Part shown: positions 48,886 through 58,249 of the stretch, in pieces
How the letters are laid out: the number at the start of each line of letters is the position of its first letter
Position numbering within the stretch: the stretch's first letter is position 1
IMG/VR virus record: IMGVR_UViG_3300034105_001128
Location: 12,242 to 76,241 of that record
Origin: a virus
DNA: 64,000 bases
Direction: 5' to 3' (one strand)
Notes under the pieces: generated by a model
Database searches by the model: none
The model's input: the letters and a program-made list of their open reading frames with translations, nothing else
What the model was told of the DNA's origin: nothing
Position numbers and translations under genes: made by a program

Positions 48886-49500
48886 TTATGACGATATTGT
48901 GGGGAGATTATACATTTCTGTATGCATAGTTATTGTAGGGTCTTGAGTTACCGTGTACACCTGAGCAAGTAGATCAGGGAATATCTCGGCACTTATCTTT
49001 ATATTATAGACATTGCTGAATAGGCGCTTGCCGCCTTCAGTGGTATCTCTTTTTGAGAACCCCAACATATCCAGACGACGGGCTGTGCCGTCTTCAGGAA
49101 TATCGAGTTGCCCAAATCTAAATGGCAATCTGCCTACGCTAAATAAAGCCGCAGCAATTTGCCGGTCATGACGTGGTTGACGTGCCCAAGTAGAGACTTG
49201 ATAGTACAGGTCAACTGGGGTTGGAAAGTTAGTTATTTTGTTAATGCGGCCATCTACCGCAGTTACGCCAAGACCTTCTGGGATGTACGTAAGTTGAACT
49301 GCGCCTTGGTGAGCCCTAGTGGTATCTTCACGCACAGAGATAAGGTCAATAGTAATATATGGGTAGGTCTGCTGACGAATTTCTTTGTCAGGCTGACCGT
49401 AGTATACGGCAACAGGGCGTGCAGAATTACCTGCATCAGACACTGTAATGCCTTGTAGCATAGTCTTAAGGGCGGCGTCTTCATTGATTAAAAATGGCAT
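48886..49500 (-). CDS. Tail terminator/completion-like protein
   Basis: YPYITIDL, P.PVDL.YQV; directly upstream of sheath. Confidence 0.6.
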   Translation of the reverse strand: MPFLINEDAALKTMLQGITVSDAGNSARPVAVYYGQPDKEIRQQTYPYITIDLISVREDTTRAHQGAVQLTYIPEGLGVTAVDGRINKITNFPTPVDLYYQVSTWARQPRHDRQIAAALFSVGRLPFRFGQLDIPEDGTARRLDMLGFSKRDTTEGGKRLFSNVYNIKISAEIFPDLLAQVYTVTQDPTITMHTEMYNLPTISS

Positions 49501-49778
49501 TATCGATGCTCCAACATAAAGTTACGGAGCATACCTAGTCCGCCACTTGCACGGTTGTCATTTTCTAAAGTAGATACTTCATCTTTAACAGCATCAGGAA
49601 TGATGATAGGGTGGTGGCCATCTTCGTATTTGACCTTTAATTGCTTAATTATCTCAATTGGCCAAGTAGAGTTTTCTTCTGCATACTTGTGCAGTTCTTT
49701 GGTATACGGCTTTACAGCCTGCTTCTTTTTGTACTCTAGGTACCTATGTAGTTCGTCTAGAACTGATGGCTCACGCAT
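49500..49778 (-). CDS. Hypothetical neck-region protein
   Basis: Likely start MREPS overlapping upstream stop. Confidence 0.5.
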   Translation of the reverse strand: MREPSVLDELHRYLEYKKKQAVKPYTKELHKYAEENSTWPIEIIKQLKVKYEDGHHPIIIPDAVKDEVSTLENDNRASGGLGMLRNFMLEHR

Positions 49779-49932
49779 TTTTACCGAGCCAATTCGCAAT
49801 GATATAGCCTGCAACTAAACCAGCGATAACTTTCTTACCGCCATCATTGTTTAGATTAGAAACACCACGAATGAACTCTTGTTTATCGGCATCAGTCTCC
49901 TGACGGAGCAGCCGTTGAGCTAAATAAATCAT
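49771..49932 (-). CDS. Small protein with C-terminal TM
   Basis: Start MIYLAQ after GGAGGA. Confidence 0.5.
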   Translation of the reverse strand: MIYLAQRLLRQETDADKQEFIRGVSNLNNDGGKKVIAGLVAGYIIANWLGKNA

Positions 49933-50008
49933 CAATTCCTCCATAGGAAGGCGCAGGTTATTGCAAGCAGGGTTCCGGATTTCTCCGGCGTTAATAGCAA
50001 TCATAAAC

Positions 50009-50032
50009 GAAAAAACCCCCTTACGGGGGTTA
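50009..50032 (-). terminator. Intrinsic terminator
   Basis: ACCCCC-GTAA-GGGGGT followed by T run on - strand. Confidence 0.8.
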
Positions 50033-50037
50033 AATCG

Positions 50038-50214
50038 CTACTTCTTTTTAATCTTCTTAATGATCTTTTTGTCCATCTTAGCGTCATCCTCTTGGGATTT
50101 AGGCTTGCGGTGTTTTTCATCCGCCTTCTTAAACTTCTTCTTTTGAGCCGGGGTTAGACCCTTCATGTCCTTGGCATCCTGCTTCTTGTCGGACTTCTCG
50201 GTGTACTTAGCCAC
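50038..50214 (-). CDS. Small Lys/Asp-rich protein (58 aa)
   Basis: Manual translation MAKYTEKSDKKQDAK...KKIKKK; TAGTG coupling. Confidence 0.55.
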   Translation of the reverse strand: MAKYTEKSDKKQDAKDMKGLTPAQKKKFKKADEKHRKPKSQEDDAKMDKKIIKKIKKK

Positions 50215-50357
50215 TACATGCCAGTCTTTCTATTCATAGAGGTCTTCTTTGTTGGGGCTTTCTTTACATCTTTCTTAATCATCTTACCCTTATGAGGGCC
50301 TTTGCCATACTTTGGGTGAGTCTTATCTTTTTGCCCACAGCCGCATGTAGCGCACAT
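50214..50357 (-). CDS. Small basic protein with N-terminal MCATCGC
   Basis: Manual translation, 47 aa. Confidence 0.55.
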   Translation of the reverse strand: MCATCGCGQKDKTHPKYGKGPHKGKMIKKDVKKAPTKKTSMNRKTGM

Positions 50358-50381
50358 TATTTCTTACCTTTCGTTTGGTTA

Positions 50382-50963
50382 TTATAGAGTAGTTTCATCA
50401 AAAGCGCGGTAATTTGCATAGCGTTGGAACTGGCTGTCATTAACTAGCTCTTCGGCATTGACCTGCTCACAGCTAATCTGAACTAGAGTATATTTGTCCT
50501 TAATAATACCCTGAAGGCTTATTTGTGTTGGGCTAAACACTTGGTTCCTAAATACGATACGATCCCGCAGATAGGCATCTGGATTAACCTCTATAGTAGA
50601 TAGCTGGCGGGCGTTAGAAGCATTTGCGCCATAAAAATTAAGGTGGTTTTGAACCACATCTACGTTAATAGTAACTGTCATTATATCTGTGTTATAGAAA
50701 CCACGGTCATTTTGAACAGATACGCCTTGCTGTATACGTGCGTTAACCACAGGTATTGTAAATGGGGTTTTCCATTTACGACCACCAGATATGGAAGATG
50801 AGCCAACATCGTATATAGGATCTAGTTGACTACTAGCTGAGTCATAGATCCACCAGTCGACGTTAGTACCGACAGTCTGTACAAGTTCAGCTGTAGTACC
50901 AGAAACGCTTGATCCGCGTTCGTACTGTATGTTGAACCGACCCTCTTTGTTGTCTCCCCGCAT
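50382..50963 (-). CDS. Head-tail joining/head closure-like protein
   Basis: DPIYD, RGFY..D, DRIVF..VF; located upstream of tail genes. Confidence 0.5.
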   Translation of the reverse strand: MRGDNKEGRFNIQYERGSSVSGTTAELVQTVGTNVDWWIYDSASSQLDPIYDVGSSSISGGRKWKTPFTIPVVNARIQQGVSVQNDRGFYNTDIMTVTINVDVVQNHLNFYGANASNARQLSTIEVNPDAYLRDRIVFRNQVFSPTQISLQGIIKDKYTLVQISCEQVNAEELVNDSQFQRYANYRAFDETTL

Positions 50964-50967
50964 AGGT

Positions 50968-51207
50968 TTACTCCGTAGGTGTAGTTGGTTCTAAGATCCT
51001 TGAAAATGCTTTTGTATCTGGGTTATAGGTATCTCCAGGAAACACCATCTTGTTCTCATTAAAGAGATCTGTAACGTCTACTGTTACTGGATCGCTTAAA
51101 AATATAGCGCCTAAACGATCATCTGTATGTAGGACGTCTACCACTTGATTATCAATAACAAAAGCTATTTTAACTGGTGGGGTTGCTGGCTGTTGGTTTG
51201 TTGTCAT
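50968..51207 (-). CDS. Small hypothetical protein (paralog of 61216..61653)
   Basis: AFVID..V...AIFLSDP..VDVT shared motif. Confidence 0.6.
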   Translation of the reverse strand: MTTNQQPATPPVKIAFVIDNQVVDVLHTDDRLGAIFLSDPVTVDVTDLFNENKMVFPGDTYNPDTKAFSRILEPTTPTE

Positions 51208-51446
51208 TGTTCTTCCTTATAAGAGACTCGGACTTGTTCCCATTTGTGTAGTGGACATGATGCATTTGGTAGCTTTGTCTTTGCCGACATGAAGCAACCA
51301 CATTCTTTACAGTTTCCTGTAGGCAATAGCTCTGGACATGCTTTGCAAATAGCATAGCGATCCGCGGCCACTGTTTCAGGAACTCTACCAAGATTTTTAT
51401 TAAAAAGGTCCCACGGACGTGCAGGACGGTCGTACGGATCAGCCAT
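51204..51446 (-). CDS. Small Cys-rich metal-binding protein
   Basis: R..ICKACP...CKECGCF...CPL.KW. Confidence 0.7.
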   Translation of the reverse strand: MADPYDRPARPWDLFNKNLGRVPETVAADRYAICKACPELLPTGNCKECGCFMSAKTKLPNASCPLHKWEQVRVSYKEEQ

Positions 51447-51467
51447 GGTATATCTCCCTCGTTAATA

Positions 51468-53141
51468 CTATTCTACCACGTTTTGCAAGTCTAACGGAAT
51501 CGAATTAAAGTTATCTACTGTACTAGCTTGATTGGCTGTTCCCGAGTACGCCTTTATAATACCGAAGCCGTTACCCTTAGTCCCTGTGTTTGTTGCGGTA
51601 ACGGCCCCCAAAGAGGTAGAGCCATTATATGGGGTAACTGTTGCTGTGTTGCCCTCTGTAGACACTTGAATACTTGTAGGCTGAGAAGCCAACGCGCTTG
51701 AGGTGCTAGAAACCGTGTAGGCAGTACCACTGGCAGTAGAGTAGATAATTTGTAAATAATAATTGTTAGTAACATACCCACCGCTGCAGGTCTGGCAAGT
51801 AGACCCATAAGAGTCGCAGTTAGGGTACGTACCGCCACTAACAAATGCTGTAGTACTACCGCAATGCTCACAGCTAGTACCAGAGTTATTACAGGTTTGT
51901 GGAATTATACAATTTGTTCCACTTAAAGATCCGCCACTAGGGCAAGAATATGAGGTAACGTTTGTATAACATTGTGTACCTGAAAGGGAAGATCCAGGAA
52001 AAGCGCTACAACTATAGGAACTTGAGGTTGTGTAACAACCTGATCCGCTAACTGTTTGGCCTGAAGGACAGCTATAACCAGTTAAAACGCTTGCATAACA
52101 ATCTGTTCCGATTAAGCTTGAACCGGGATAAGCAGAACAACTGTAGGTATTGCTAACAGTTCCACAGTAACACGAATTTACTGATCTACCAATAGTGCTA
52201 CCAGGAGATGGCCCTACTTGTCCTGAAGAGCAGCTTAACCCGTCGCAGTTATAGCCAATTGAAGCAGTGTAATAAGTTCCTGAACAAGTTGCTGGGCCTA
52301 AGTATGGGCCAGCGTAGCGACCGCCGTAGCAATCGGTACCGTCTAGAACACCTTCAGTACAACTATAGGTTAGTGTATAGCACTGTGTGCTAAAGAAGGT
52401 ACCACTACAGGAGTATTGACTTTCACCACCTGGGCAATACCTGAAAGAAGTTGATGCGCCTACTGTACTACCATAAGTTGTTGTCGATCCTACTGTTGCA
52501 GCCCCTTGATTCTGAGATGTATAGGTAGGGGTTGCAGGCCCTGCGTATACGAGTGGGCCATTTACAAGTGTTGCGTTTCCTTGAAGAACTGCACTAGTAC
52601 TGCTTGTAGCAGGGTATGTTACTGGGCAGCTATATGTTCCAAAAGCAGGATTTGTACAAGTATTACAAGTAGTTTGATTGTGCCCATTACACACACAGTT
52701 ACATGGATAGGTAACGGTAGTATTAGTTTGATCACTAGTAAGGTGGGCGGCCCACCAAGATCCCGCAGATGTTACCCAGAATGCTACGCCAACACCGGCG
52801 TTAGGTATGCCAACAGATGTTGTCGCGTCTTTACTCAATAAATCTACATAAGACAGCGCCCCAGCAGTTCCAGAAGAAACTGCGTTGCTTGAAACAGCCA
52901 CAGAGCCATTAGCGGTCCAAGTACCAAAACGTGAAGCCCATGCAATATTAGATTCAGACGTGCCTAAGTTAGAGGTAGTTGTTCGTGTAAAAGTGTCGAC
53001 TGCCCCAACGGTAAACCATTGTTTCCACTCACCAGCAATTTTTACGTATGCGTGAGTAGCAGTTCTCCAAGTACCTGCAACTTTTACTCTAATTGCGGAT
53101 GTTTTTCTAAAGGCGCCGCTTACCCGTACTCTTCCAGGCAT
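51468..53141 (-). CDS. Cys-rich repeat protein, probably virion-associated
   Basis: Repeated YSC..G.SL.G..CY units inserted in a beta-rich domain; N-terminal (V/K)xGxW repeats. Confidence 0.7.
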   Translation of the reverse strand: MPGRVRVSGAFRKTSAIRVKVAGTWRTATHAYVKIAGEWKQWFTVGAVDTFTRTTTSNLGTSESNIAWASRFGTWTANGSVAVSSNAVSSGTAGALSYVDLLSKDATTSVGIPNAGVGVAFWVTSAGSWWAAHLTSDQTNTTVTYPCNCVCNGHNQTTCNTCTNPAFGTYSCPVTYPATSSTSAVLQGNATLVNGPLVYAGPATPTYTSQNQGAATVGSTTTYGSTVGASTSFRYCPGGESQYSCSGTFFSTQCYTLTYSCTEGVLDGTDCYGGRYAGPYLGPATCSGTYYTASIGYNCDGLSCSSGQVGPSPGSTIGRSVNSCYCGTVSNTYSCSAYPGSSLIGTDCYASVLTGYSCPSGQTVSGSGCYTTSSSYSCSAFPGSSLSGTQCYTNVTSYSCPSGGSLSGTNCIIPQTCNNSGTSCEHCGSTTAFVSGGTYPNCDSYGSTCQTCSGGYVTNNYYLQIIYSTASGTAYTVSSTSSALASQPTSIQVSTEGNTATVTPYNGSTSLGAVTATNTGTKGNGFGIIKAYSGTANQASTVDNFNSIPLDLQNVVE

Positions 53142-53836
53142 TATACGTATACAATCCAGATATCCCCGTCAATGCCCCCAGTAGGTGCAGCACTGGTAGA
53201 TGTCCAAATATTTCTGACTACTCCGGAGCTAGTTGATGCAGTTGTAACAGCACCGTTTGTTTGCCCAACGTATGATGATACTGGGGTAGACCAAAACGCC
53301 GCCGTACCACTGCTAGTTAATACCTGACCGTTAGTTCCAAGCCCAAGTGCGCCAAGAGAAGAACTGACTAGCGCATTGTATTCGGTACTATTTACATAGA
53401 GAACGTTATTTGTCCCTACTTTTGGAATACCAAGGTGGTTTACGTTAAATCCTAAAACGTTTGCTGAAGTATATGTCTCAAGAAGTGCAAGGGTTCCAGT
53501 ACCAGTTTTTAAAGATAGTCCTACGTTTGTAGCAGTAAGGACCTGACTACCGCCGGTCTTTATAACGTATGGTGAGTTTGTGCCGAGACCGTTTACAAGG
53601 CCGGCCTCAATATTTAGAAGGCGGGCCCCAAGTGTGCCCCAAGCGGTAGTAGCTGAACTCCATGTACCAGAGAAAGTGGAGACCAGAGGGCTAGTTCCAG
53701 TAGATGAAACACCAAGGGCTGTTTCAATTGCCCGCACCTCTTCTTGCAAGGAGTTAACGTTATCGGCAACGACGATGTCTACAAGGTCAGTACGTGCCGA
53801 ATAATCTCGGACTGTAGTTGGGTAACTGGCTACCAT
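53141..53836 (-). CDS. Tail-fibre-like structural protein
   Basis: D.V.A..VNSLQEE..AIE..LG; GTNGQVLT; PTGG.DGDIW. Confidence 0.6.
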   Translation of the reverse strand: MVASYPTTVRDYSARTDLVDIVVADNVNSLQEEVRAIETALGVSSTGTSPLVSTFSGTWSSATTAWGTLGARLLNIEAGLVNGLGTNSPYVIKTGGSQVLTATNVGLSLKTGTGTLALLETYTSANVLGFNVNHLGIPKVGTNNVLYVNSTEYNALVSSSLGALGLGTNGQVLTSSGTAAFWSTPVSSYVGQTNGAVTTASTSSGVVRNIWTSTSAAPTGGIDGDIWIVYV

Positions 53837-53911
53837 GATGCTCCTTAGTAATTATATAGGCACAACGATACTAAAAAAGACCCCTTTTGTATAGCCTAAC
53901 GGGGGGGAGGG

Positions 53912-54577
53912 TTAGTATTTGCTGCTGTTAATATGGCAAATTTCAATCTCATTTACATTAACATGGCTTGGTAATGACCCTACCCAGTAAATAGATTCTG
54001 CCAGATCCTCTGCAGTCAATGCCTGGTCTCGTTTTTGTTCTTGAGTATCAATCGTTGCTGGGCAGATCTCTGTAATTTTAATGCCGAATTGTGGGAACTC
54101 AAGCCTCATAGTATCGATTAGGCCTCGCGCACCCCTCTTGGCGTTTGTATAGTTTCCTCCACCGCGATAGGGCACTTTACCACCAAAGGAAGTAATAAAG
54201 ACAATAGTTGGTGACTGTGATCTTTCCATACAAGGCACAAATAATTGGGATAAGTACATGGGCCCAGTGACGTTTATGTCATAGGCTTTTCTAAAGTTTT
54301 CTGGGGTCTCATGAATAATGTTGGTAGGTGCCGATCCACCACCAGCATTATTAACTAAAAGGTCTAGTGTTATATCCTTATACTTTTCAAAGAATATCTC
54401 TATTGCCTTAGAGTCTGTAACATCAAGCTGGTATACCTCAACGTTATCGGATACAAGCTCAGATACTTTAGAGAGGTTTCTTGAAACAGCAATGACCTTG
54501 TACCCATTTTCAGATAGGCGTTTGACTGTCGCTAATCCTACGCCTTTGCTTGCCCCAGTAACAATAGCTGTTTTCAA
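53912..54577 (-). CDS. Short-chain dehydrogenase/reductase
   Basis: TGASKGVG, LDVT, NNAG, YTNAK (YxxxK). Confidence 0.92.
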   Translation of the reverse strand: MKTAIVTGASKGVGLATVKRLSENGYKVIAVSRNLSKVSELVSDNVEVYQLDVTDSKAIEIFFEKYKDITLDLLVNNAGGGSAPTNIIHETPENFRKAYDINVTGPMYLSQLFVPCMERSQSPTIVFITSFGGKVPYRGGGNYTNAKRGARGLIDTMRLEFPQFGIKITEICPATIDTQEQKRDQALTAEDLAESIYWVGSLPSHVNVNEIEICHINSSKY

Positions 54578-55333
54578 TTACATACCTTGATTCTTATTAA
54601 GATCCATGTTGTTATGTATCCAATGACCAGGAATCATATATTTAAAACCAGACTTTACAACGTGTGCCGTATGAAAATATGGTGGAAATGCTGGAAATAT
54701 GATGACGCTATTTTCTTTTGGCTTTAATCCAAAATCAATTGCTTTATTTGCAACAGATACATCATAGTCTAGGTCTACAGCTGGTGCTGACCCCTTAGAA
54801 AAGCCGTCAGCACTAGTCCATCCGCCATCATAATCTTTTAATTGGAAAGAGATTTCTCCGCCTTCACAATCATCGTTTAGGTACATAACTAATGAATATC
54901 TTAGTGTTTTATCGCCATCTAACTGGTCAAAGTGTGCGCCCATGCCCACTCCAGTGTTGTACTTTTTTATATTAAAAGTTGGAAAAAGCCTTGGCTCGTC
55001 AAAATCACCTAAAGAAGAGGCGTAGTCTTTGCAAACGTTATACATTGTAGTCATAATAGCGTCGTAGATATATTTACTTTTTTCTGCTACTTCGGCTGAA
55101 TGCGGAGAAAAAATTGGACTAAGCTGGTTTATCGCATTAATATCAAAGGTCTTTGTTTCCCCGTAGATAAAATCTTTATCATTAGAGGCAGTCCAGATGT
55201 TCCAAACATTTACGCCTGACTCTGGGTATTGCTCAAGAGTATCTAGCTCTTTCCAAACTTTTTTAAAAGTATCAAAATCTTCAATAGCATCTGTATAGTA
55301 GTATGCTTTTGGGTCTAGAATTTCTCTATTCAT
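54578..55333 (-). CDS. 2OG-Fe(II) oxygenase, prolyl-4-hydroxylase-like
   Basis: HFD, YLNDD.EGGE, distal H, K. Confidence 0.85.
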   Translation of the reverse strand: MNREILDPKAYYYTDAIEDFDTFKKVWKELDTLEQYPESGVNVWNIWTASNDKDFIYGETKTFDINAINQLSPIFSPHSAEVAEKSKYIYDAIMTTMYNVCKDYASSLGDFDEPRLFPTFNIKKYNTGVGMGAHFDQLDGDKTLRYSLVMYLNDDCEGGEISFQLKDYDGGWTSADGFSKGSAPAVDLDYDVSVANKAIDFGLKPKENSVIIFPAFPPYFHTAHVVKSGFKYMIPGHWIHNNMDLNKNQGM

Positions 55334-55344
55334 CTGTCTCCCCC

Positions 55345-56004
55345 TTAGTATTTATTTTTTTCATAGTGGTCTTTTTCTTTAATAAATCCAACAAGAACGT
55401 ACCTTATTGGTCCATCCCCTACATGCTTGACCCCATGCTCATATTCTTCGTTTCCTGGAAAAAATAGCATAGTTCCTGGTTTAGGTTTTAACTTAATATC
55501 AAGTTTTGGAAAGAATATCTCGCCGTCTGCATAGTCATCATTAATGTATACAATTGTCGCGTACTTAATTGAGGGGTCCGTATGCTGGTCTGTGTGGGCT
55601 TTTAACTCAACACCAGGCTGCATTCTTTGAATTGTCGCAAGACCACTTAAAATTAGTTCTGGGTCAGCTTTGACTACCATTGAGTTTAGTCCATCATATA
55701 AAGGCCTATGGATCCCATGATGTAATATGTTAAAGTTTTTATCTTTCCAATTTTGAGTAATTTCAAACTTACCCTCAGCAACCAAATTCTCTACGTCATC
55801 TCTGCCAAATTTTTCCATGCAAAAGTACTTTAAGTTTGCGTGGTACTCTACTTCCCAATCTTCTTGAGAGGTACTATGGATAATATCCCAAAAAGTAGTT
55901 AGTTGGTCTTCTGATAAAAAGTTTTCAACAGAGAATAGTTCTGGAGTAATATCTGTAACTACATATCCACTATCTATTAGCTGTTGTTTAAAAGACTCAA
56001 TCAT
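55345..56004 (-). CDS. 2OG-Fe(II) oxygenase, prolyl-4-hydroxylase-like
   Basis: ENFLS, HTD, YINDDY.DGE, H, R. Confidence 0.88.
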   Translation of the reverse strand: MIESFKQQLIDSGYVVTDITPELFSVENFLSEDQLTTFWDIIHSTSQEDWEVEYHANLKYFCMEKFGRDDVENLVAEGKFEITQNWKDKNFNILHHGIHRPLYDGLNSMVVKADPELILSGLATIQRMQPGVELKAHTDQHTDPSIKYATIVYINDDYADGEIFFPKLDIKLKPKPGTMLFFPGNEEYEHGVKHVGDGPIRYVLVGFIKEKDHYEKNKY

Positions 56005-56752
56005 TTGCAATATCTTCTATTTTGTACTTATTTCCAGCAGCATCTAACTTCCAACCCTGCTTTAGAAGATCTTGCCACTCTGCTCGTTCAATCTCTTGCT
56101 GAGCTCTAGTAGCCTTCATTTCTTCGGCCCAAGCGTCTCTTACTTCTTGTGGGTAGTCTGACTCTTGTCGGTCATCCCAGAAAGATCCAATGGTGTATCT
56201 TACCCCACCTGTGATAAGGGTTACTTCGTGCATGTTATTAAACCCGCCGTCGAATACGGCAAGCATTCCAACTTCTGGCTTAATGGAGATGTTTTGTGTT
56301 GGGAACTGTAAAAGTCCCCCCTCAAAATCGTCATTAAGATACAGAAAGCCTGCGTAACGGCTTCTTGTAAACGCGCCTGAGTTTCCTTCGGCATCTGTGT
56401 TGTCGGAGTGGATTCTTGCGTATGCTCCTGGCTCCCACTTTTGTGTGTGGTACCCAATCTTACAAATTGTTTTTGGGTCAAGGTCGTGAACTGAAGCAAC
56501 TGCTTCTGGCATTACCTTTTCAATGTCTGAAAATATGGTTGGAGAAAGACCAGCGTCAATGACTTCTTGGTCATTATCTTGTGGCAAAACTGAAGAGTAT
56601 GACTCATAAAATGAAATAGGCATCCAAGAGATTGCCCCATTGGCTGCCTGAGCATCTAGGGCTTGAATCATTTTTTTGCAGTCTTCTTTGCTTATAAAGT
56701 TTTCATAAACAACTATGTCTTTTGTTAGTCTTTTTTTGTTTTCCAGGTTCAT
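55997..56752 (-). CDS. 2OG-Fe(II) oxygenase, prolyl-4-hydroxylase-like
   Basis: ENFIS, HSD, YLNDDFEGG, HEV, R. Confidence 0.88.
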   Translation of the reverse strand: MNLENKKRLTKDIVVYENFISKEDCKKMIQALDAQAANGAISWMPISFYESYSSVLPQDNDQEVIDAGLSPTIFSDIEKVMPEAVASVHDLDPKTICKIGYHTQKWEPGAYARIHSDNTDAEGNSGAFTRSRYAGFLYLNDDFEGGLLQFPTQNISIKPEVGMLAVFDGGFNNMHEVTLITGGVRYTIGSFWDDRQESDYPQEVRDAWAEEMKATRAQQEIERAEWQDLLKQGWKLDAAGNKYKIEDIAND

Positions 56753-56768
56753 TGTATTTTTACTCCAG

Positions 56769-57542
56769 TTAGCTATTTATAAGTGATTTATCTCCAGCGA
56801 TAAGCTTTTCTATTTCTTGTTCAACAAGTGCAAATTCTTCTTGAAACACCTCTGGGGTTCTGCCTTCTCCTAGAGCAGCAGGAGTTCCCGCAGCTATTAG
56901 GGCTTCTTTTAGTGTTTTTTCAATATCGTAATTTAGCACTGTGCACTGGAACCAATTTGCTACATAGCCATCTTTATCAATTAAGTACTTTTCAAAGTTT
57001 CCGCCCTGCATTGCGCCATTAGAAATAGGTTGATTAAGCCAAGGTGACAGGTAACCGTCTCTGTTTGGGATTCCCAATTCTTTTTGCTTTGCGGCGTAAG
57101 CATGCATTTGATCTTTAATCTCACGGTATAGCTCATGAGTTTCTTTTCTTGGCTGCCCCAACCCATTTACAGAATCATCACCTTTATACGGGCTCAATTC
57201 AGTAGCGCTCTTATTTGGGTTTGACGACACCATCTCTGAGAACTTAAAGGTGGTTCCATAAACCTCTTGTCCGTATTCTTGTGAGTCTAGCCCGCAGGTA
57301 ATGCCTTCAGACCACTTACCCTTAGTAACTCCTGGACCACAGAAGTCATTAGTAGGAATAGCAATAACTTGGAAATCATCTCCACCGTACTTATCTTGAA
57401 GCCATTGGAGAACTTCCATTTGATTAGCGTTGCCGCAACCAACTGTTGTATTAGCTAACAGAGTTACTTTACCCTTAAATTGCTCTAAAAACCCAGGGGT
57501 TCCCTCGGCCGAGTTAAGTGGTATATCATAGATAGATTTCAT
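56769..57542 (-). CDS. Cys-type glutathione peroxidase-like protein
   Basis: SIYDI, FKGKV.L.NTTVGCG, PTNDF, NFEKYLIDKDG. Confidence 0.8.
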   Translation of the reverse strand: MKSIYDIPLNSAEGTPGFLEQFKGKVTLLANTTVGCGNANQMEVLQWLQDKYGGDDFQVIAIPTNDFCGPGVTKGKWSEGITCGLDSQEYGQEVYGTTFKFSEMVSSNPNKSATELSPYKGDDSVNGLGQPRKETHELYREIKDQMHAYAAKQKELGIPNRDGYLSPWLNQPISNGAMQGGNFEKYLIDKDGYVANWFQCTVLNYDIEKTLKEALIAAGTPAALGEGRTPEVFQEEFALVEQEIEKLIAGDKSLINS

Positions 57543-57562
57543 AGTTATATTATAGCCTGTCC

Positions 57563-58249
57563 TTACGGTTGTTTGTCACCTGTATGCTTTGTTATTTCCC
57601 AAAAGAATGGGCATGTAAATCTTAAGCCACTCTTGATCTCAGTAACTCCGTGGATATAGTTTTTATCCCCTGGGAAGAAATAAGCAGCGCCCTTTTTAGG
57701 CTTAAACTGTACACCCTGCAAAGGAAAGTATAGCTCACCGCCCTCGTAGTCGTCATTTAAATAGAACAAACTTGAGAGGTCATAGTTTGGAAAATCGTTA
57801 GGTGTTCCAGCATCAGGGCCCTCATGAAGCTCTTTATCAGCATGGGGTTTTTGAAACTGCCCAGGAAGCCACTTAACAATAGTTGTGCCCGTAGGGTGAA
57901 CCTCTACCTTATAAAAGTCTTCAATAATAGGCTTTAGTCTTTGAAATAAGCCTGCAATTATTGGGGATATCTTTGGGTCATTTTTATCTAAGGTAGGCTG
58001 GGTTGCAACCCTATCTTTCCAGTAATCTGAGTCGTAAGTGACCGTACCATTCTCATTTGTATGGCTTTGAGTTACATCCCAGATTGTTAGAGACTTAGCC
58101 GCTTTTTCTAAAAACTCTATCTCTTCTTGAGTCATAAAGTTCTCTAGCTCAACAATCATGTCTTTGCTGTCCCCAAACCAGCCGGATGGGGTCATAGACG
58201 GCGTTCTTTTTACTACAGTATATGAATCTTTGTTTTGTTCCATGTTCAT
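57563..58249 (-). CDS. 2OG-Fe(II) oxygenase, prolyl-4-hydroxylase-like
   Basis: ENFMT, HAD, YLNDDYEGGELYF, HGV, R. Confidence 0.88.
   Translation of the reverse strand: MNMEQNKDSYTVVKRTPSMTPSGWFGDSKDMIVELENFMTQEEIEFLEKAAKSLTIWDVTQSHTNENGTVTYDSDYWKDRVATQPTLDKNDPKISPIIAGLFQRLKPIIEDFYKVEVHPTGTTIVKWLPGQFQKPHADKELHEGPDAGTPNDFPNYDLSSLFYLNDDYEGGELYFPLQGVQFKPKKGAAYFFPGDKNYIHGVTEIKSGLRFTCPFFWEITKHTGDKQP

Noticed and set aside
53872-53911. Possible terminator after the SDR gene
   Set aside because: Only a short CCCC/GGGG stem with a long loop; too weak to call.
57425-57445. Selenocysteine in the GPx-like gene
   Set aside because: The active-site codon is TGC (Cys), with no in-frame TGA.
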